Origin: Ignavibacteriota bacterium
GTDB lineage: Bacteria > Bacteroidota > Ignavibacteria > Ignavibacteriales > Melioribacteraceae
Length of the DNA: 64,000 bases
NCBI GenBank assembly: GCA_002698995.1
Contig: PAAX01000001.1
Span: forward strand, 1,422 to 65,421
Reading direction: 5' to 3'
Shown: positions 59,916 to 64,000 of the stretch, one piece after another
Position numbering within the stretch: position 1 is the first letter of the stretch
Layout of the letters: the number at the start of each line of letters is the position of its first letter
Translations under genes and position numbers: made by a program
The notes under the pieces: model-generated
Database searches by the model: none
Told to the model about the DNA's origin: nothing
What the model saw: the letters and a program-made list of their open reading frames with translations, nothing else

Positions 59916-60287
59916 ATGTCAAAACATTTCAACAGACCGGAGCAAAAACCGATACGGAGAAAATTACGTAGGGAACAAACCTACACAGAAAAAGTAGTCT
60001 GGATGCAAGTAAGAAACCGCCGTCTTATGGGAATAAAATTCAAAAGACAATACTCAGTAGATCAATACATAATAGATTTTTACGCCCCCGATATAAAAGT
60101 AGCATTAGAAATTGACGGTGACATTCATGAACTTCCGGAAGTAAAAGAAAATGATGAAATAAGACAAAAGCACATAGAACAATTTGGCATTCAGTTCATA
60201 AGATTAACAAACGAAGAAATATTAGGGAATCCGAACAAAGCCTTTACAAAACTTGAAAAGAAATTAAAAGAAATAATAAGTCAGTAG
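59916..60287 (+). CDS. DUF559 (Vsr-like) endonuclease domain protein
   Basis: TEKVVW..VRNRRL.G.KFKRQ...YIIDFY.P....ALEIDGD.H ... D..R...... G...IRL.N.E is the typical DUF559 pattern. Confidence 0.85.
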   Translation: MSKHFNRPEQKPIRRKLRREQTYTEKVVWMQVRNRRLMGIKFKRQYSVDQYIIDFYAPDIKVALEIDGDIHELPEVKENDEIRQKHIEQFGIQFIRLTNEEILGNPNKAFTKLEKKLKEIISQ

Positions 60288-60300
60288 AGAATTACTATTC

Positions 60301-60479
60301 AAAGGCTTTTACGGTGGCACCGAAATAGAGCAAGTATCAGTTCTCAAGTGAAGTAACGATTCCGTCATGGTACGACCATGACGGCAATAGAAATAATTAT
60401 CAATATCGTAGAGCCGTTGCATGCAACGGCTCTATAGCATTTAAAAACCTCCAAGGTTTAGAAAACCTCGGAGGTTTGC
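60301..60479 (+). repeat. Right copy of the ~180-bp direct repeat
   Basis: See 55574-55757. It contains CCGTCATGGT-acg-ACCATGACGG (60362-60384) and GTAGAGCCGTTGCATGCAACGGCTCTAT (60408-60435). Confidence 0.85.
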
Positions 60480-60484
60480 AGATT

Positions 60485-60787
60485 GTAGGGACAACTCATG
60501 AGTTGTCCCTACTCTAATGCAGCAATAATTTTAAAAACCTCATGGATTGTTTTAAACAGTCCGGGAATCTCAAAACAAATCTGTTTGGAGATACCGGTAT
60601 TCAGCAAGTCTGAAACCGGTATGACAGCAAGAATCTAATCTGTGTCATTTCAAAAGCTGTCACGGTCGCACCGTGACAGAACCAGTTTTAGCTTCCAAGT
60701 GAAGTAATGATTCCGTCATGGTACGCCCATGACTGCAATAGAAATGGATATTAAATGTTGTAGGGACAAGTCGCGACTTGTCCCTAC
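60485..60787. repeat. Further palindromic modules between convergent genes
   Basis: 28-nt palindrome GTAGGGACAACTCATGAGTTGTCCCTAC at 60485-60512. ATACCGGT...ACCGGTAT at 60591-60622. CTGTCACGGT-cgc-ACCGTGACAG at 60657-60679. A degenerate CCGTCATGG module at 60713-60735. GTAGGGACAAGTCGCGACTTGTCCCTAC at 60760-60787. Confidence 0.9.
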
Positions 60788-60832
60788 TTTATAAATTTTA
60801 ATTGGTATTATACTACAGACATAATAATTATG

Positions 60833-61564
60833 TTATTGAAAGTACCTTTTAATATCGAATAAAATCTTTTGAAAATGATCTTCTCTAATTGTTGAAACAG
60901 TAACTCTAAATTTATGGCTTCCATTTACTGTATCGATATAATTTACTCTTGGTTCCGTTAATACTGAAGCAAAGTGAGAAAGCATAATTCTCTTAATAAT
61001 AGATTCTCTAATTTTGCCAGGGGTATCTTCCGAATTAATAAAAATTTCTGAATCATAATTTTTGAATCTACTTTCTTTTGTAATAAGACTAATATTTTCA
61101 GAAATAAGTTTGGAATAGGGAATAATTGATATTTGTCCGGATTCATTCTCAACTCTTAAAGAGCGGGGACTAATTTTTTTAATTTTACCTTCTACAAAGG
61201 GGGAATAGATTTTCTGTCCTTCTTCAATAGAATTTTCAATTGTAAAAACGATACCGGCTAAAATATCTCTACCTGTAATCCAAAAGAAAATAATAATTAA
61301 GAAACTGCTGACACCAATAAAAACCGGATTAAGGTTAGTATCAACATTATAAAAAAGGTTTAAGCTCCAAAGCAGAAATAAAATCCATATAGAAGCTGCT
61401 GATGCGGTAAAAATTTTTACAGCAATTCTTCTTAATTTTTTTTCCTTACTAAAATATCTAAGCAGTTTACCGGTGTATTTAGTAAAAAGATAAATAGCAA
61501 TTCCAACCAAAGCTGTTTCGGCTAGAACTAAAACGTATGATAAAATATCAAATTCGTATTTCAT
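60833..61564 (-). CDS. Small MscS-like membrane protein (three to four TM helices plus an MscS beta-domain-like segment)
   Basis: The TM helices are followed by GQKIYSPFVEGKIKKISPRSLRVENESGQISIIPYSKLISENI, which resembles the MscS beta-barrel motif. 4-nt overlap with the upstream ATPase gene. Confidence 0.6.
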   Translation of the reverse strand: MKYEFDILSYVLVLAETALVGIAIYLFTKYTGKLLRYFSKEKKLRRIAVKIFTASAASIWILFLLWSLNLFYNVDTNLNPVFIGVSSFLIIIFFWITGRDILAGIVFTIENSIEEGQKIYSPFVEGKIKKISPRSLRVENESGQISIIPYSKLISENISLITKESRFKNYDSEIFINSEDTPGKIRESIIKRIMLSHFASVLTEPRVNYIDTVNGSHKFRVTVSTIREDHFQKILFDIKRYFQ

Positions 61565-63960
61565 ATTATTTCCGATTTTGAAAAGTAATTAATCAAATAA
61601 GGTTCAATAACTTTATTGATCTCATAAATGTTATTATCTCTGCTTTGTAATAAACCGGCATTAATCATTTTATTGAAATTGTTTTCTATTACTGAAATAT
61701 CTTCATTGATTATTCTGCAAGCCTTATTAATATCCATTCTTCTATGGAGGATAAATTGCAAAAGATAGAAAATCCAGTCTTCAGGCAATTTATTTAATTG
61801 AGAATTGCTCAATATTTTTGGATAGTCAATTTCCAGTTCATTACCTTCTATTTTTTTAATATTATTAAGCCAGCCAATTAAGGCATTGCCGACATTTCCT
61901 TCACTAAAATCAAAATAACTATTGAAAAGGTTTGCCAGCTTTAAATCACTTAATCTATCTTCTTCAATTCCATTCAATGTAAAATTAAGTCCGCTTGCTT
62001 GATGTCTGCTAAGTATAATATCTTTTAATTCCTCAGCATCAAAGGGGGTACAATAAACAGTTTTAGAAAAGAGATGATCGAGATCATAAAGCTTTTTAAT
62101 AAAATTATAAGCATGAATACTGCAGTTAACTATAAAAAATATTTGATTGCTGTACTTAGAAATAATTGCATCCAATTCCTTAATTATATCAAAACCATTT
62201 TCGTTTCTTTCCCACCAAAGTTCTAAATCATTAATAATAACAGCTTTGTTTAACGATCTTGAGAAATAACTATTTATATCATCATTAGTATGCAGAGCTT
62301 TCTTTATAATCTCCTTAAATTCAACAAGCCTGCAAGTTCCTCCTAATGGTGCATTCACATTAACAATATTATCAGGATCAAAAAATAAATCGGCTGCTCT
62401 TTTAGAAAGGGCTGATTTACCGGAATTTCGATTTCCAAGAATTAAAAGTGCACCTCCGTAATTTGACTTAAATCTATTATGTGCTTCTCTGCAAATTTCA
62501 AGTTCTTTTTTTCTTCCTATCCACAACTCAGAGTTTACTCTTGAACTGCCTCCAAATAGCTTTTTATAATAGTATGGAAGATTATCAACTATTTCTTTTT
62601 TGGGTTGAAGGCTTTCAGTAAACATGAGCAAGTTAGAAGGATTAAATTCATCTTTTTGTTTGGCATCAATTTTTTTTGCAAAAAGTATTCCTTCAGAGCG
62701 TTTATAAAAAAGTAGTACTAATATATTTTGGAAGTAATTGGATACTTTATTTCTTGCTCTGGAAAATTTATTTAATACTTTTCTGCTTTCAAGTTCCCTT
62801 GAATGAGAACTTAGTTCTGTAGAGGCTTTTAAAATTGAGTATGATGATAGGGAATTGAATGCTCTTTCAAATGCATTATTAATTCCAATAAAATAGTCGT
62901 TTTCAATATTTCTAATTTCTTCAATGGAAGCTGTAATTTTATCAGCCAATTGATTTAATACAAAAATGTAGTCATTTTGTTCATCATCTTCATTCATCAT
63001 TTCTTGGATATTGAAATTTGCTAAATTAACTACATCATGAATATCATCCAGCTTTTCTCCTATTAATTTTTGCGTTTTAAAAGTATTATGCTGGAAGGAA
63101 GCTAAAAATTCGGATTCAATATAATATTCGACTAATTTTCTTAATTGAATGAAAACAGTATCTCCCTCAACAAAATCAATTTTGGAAACAACCTGACTAA
63201 AATTATCACTTGGAATCTCAATTTCTTTTGGAAGCTTACTTATTTCTTTCTGAAGAGTCTCTGAAATTCTATTATAAATAGTAGAAAGATTAATTTCTTC
63301 AGGAATGTTAATAAGAAGTGATTTGGATATTTTTTGCTGCACTGAATCTCTAATAGCTGATTCTGCCAAATTTATTTGTGAAATGAATTTATCTTCAATT
63401 AAATCAAAGAGAATTTTCTTTGAATCATAAATTTCCTTTATTCCGGTTCCTTTCAACTTTTCAATTTCGAATTGGATAATTAAGGAATTGCTGAGAACTG
63501 TAATATTTTTATTAACTACGGTTGTATATGAAGCAATATTTTCATTTCTCAATCTTTCAGTTTTGGAAAGAGCAAATTCTTTCTTTAATAAATAATTAGC
63601 GTCAATGCTCTCAATATCATAAAGAGTCTTTTGTATATTAGTTCTATTCTTTTTGAGCAGATCAATTCTGGCATTATCAATACTAATCTTGAAGTTATTT
63701 ACTACTTCATCAATGCTTACAATAAACTTTTTCAATTCATTCTTTACTTTATCACTCTCTACTTTTGTTCTATTCATAATTACATAATTATCAATAAATG
63801 AAAGAATAGAGGCTTCAAAATTATTTATATCTGAAACAGTTTTGTAAGAATTTTTTTCAATCTCATTTAAGTATAAAAATAAATTGTTGGCTAAAGATTT
63901 TTTCATCATTACTTCAGTGTACTTTGAAAATTTTACATTGGTAGAAATTGGTTTTTTCAA
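61561..63960 (-). CDS. Large coiled-coil protein with a C-terminal P-loop (ORC/Cdc6- or STAND-like) ATPase
   Basis: Walker A LILGNRNSGKSALS. Walker B-like AVIINDLELWW. A long helical N-terminal half. The start lies close to the window edge. Confidence 0.65.
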   Translation of the reverse strand: MKKPISTNVKFSKYTEVMMKKSLANNLFLYLNEIEKNSYKTVSDINNFEASILSFIDNYVIMNRTKVESDKVKNELKKFIVSIDEVVNNFKISIDNARIDLLKKNRTNIQKTLYDIESIDANYLLKKEFALSKTERLRNENIASYTTVVNKNITVLSNSLIIQFEIEKLKGTGIKEIYDSKKILFDLIEDKFISQINLAESAIRDSVQQKISKSLLINIPEEINLSTIYNRISETLQKEISKLPKEIEIPSDNFSQVVSKIDFVEGDTVFIQLRKLVEYYIESEFLASFQHNTFKTQKLIGEKLDDIHDVVNLANFNIQEMMNEDDEQNDYIFVLNQLADKITASIEEIRNIENDYFIGINNAFERAFNSLSSYSILKASTELSSHSRELESRKVLNKFSRARNKVSNYFQNILVLLFYKRSEGILFAKKIDAKQKDEFNPSNLLMFTESLQPKKEIVDNLPYYYKKLFGGSSRVNSELWIGRKKELEICREAHNRFKSNYGGALLILGNRNSGKSALSKRAADLFFDPDNIVNVNAPLGGTCRLVEFKEIIKKALHTNDDINSYFSRSLNKAVIINDLELWWERNENGFDIIKELDAIISKYSNQIFFIVNCSIHAYNFIKKLYDLDHLFSKTVYCTPFDAEELKDIILSRHQASGLNFTLNGIEEDRLSDLKLANLFNSYFDFSEGNVGNALIGWLNNIKKIEGNELEIDYPKILSNSQLNKLPEDWIFYLLQFILHRRMDINKACRIINEDISVIENNFNKMINAGLLQSRDNNIYEINKVIEPYLINYFSKSEII

Positions 63961-64000
63961 CAGTTTATTTTTAAGATTTAGAAATGATTTATTAATCTTG

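Noticed and set aside
59738-59932. 64-aa minus-strand ORF (…RPHPRPLSLHGEGWRW…)
   Set aside because: It is the antisense translation of the MITE-like GC-rich element and overlaps the DUF559 start.
52935-60787. Possible CRISPR array, because 28-nt repeats recur
   Set aside because: The repeats are perfect palindromes of several unrelated families, irregularly spaced and in mixed order and orientation. There is no uniform repeat-spacer periodicity and no cas genes.
52935-60787. Integron-like cassette array (CALIN) with the palindromes as attC sites
   Set aside because: Each intergenic region holds many short perfect palindromes rather than one imperfect 60-140-nt attC with R''/L''-L'/R' architecture. 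I could not identify GTTRRRY core sites at cassette borders, and no intI-like tyrosine recombinase is present.

Overview
AT-rich (about one third G+C by eye) chromosomal segment, probably from an FCB-group bacterium and possibly Ignavibacteria-like. That placement is inferred from a T9SS-type C-terminal sorting domain, a tricorn-like protease, many PAS kinases and weak Shine-Dalgarno usage. No homology search was possible, so every product call rests on motifs I recognise in the supplied translations. The window has four blocks. (1) 0.2-11 kb is a defence island. A tightly coupled hsdR-hsdM-hsdS type I R-M operon continues without a break into an 812-aa ABC-type ATPase and a translationally coupled 307-aa protein of unknown fold. 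The ATPase has three tandem HARE-HTH-like winged helices and a DUF3696-like tail. A second unit follows, encoding a HARE-HTH/GIY-YIG-like nuclease and a DUF2130 nuclease-like protein. This ATPase module is my best candidate for an undescribed system. (2) 11.5-52.9 kb is ordinary housekeeping: era, ispF, lnt, ltaE, purL, pyk, tex, a Lon-like protease, a tricorn-like protease, an ECF sigma/anti-sigma pair and two PAS histidine kinases. (3) 52.9-60.8 kb is an accessory region saturated with heterogeneous short palindromic modules. It holds a 21-bp tandem dyad array and a type IIG R-M enzyme plus a DUF559 endonuclease, bracketed by ~180-bp direct repeats. A GC-rich palindromic mini-element is inserted in frame inside the R-M gene. 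(4) 60.8-64 kb is an overlapping pair on the minus strand, a coiled-coil/P-loop ATPase and a small MscS-like membrane protein. I found no rRNA, tRNA or CRISPR array.
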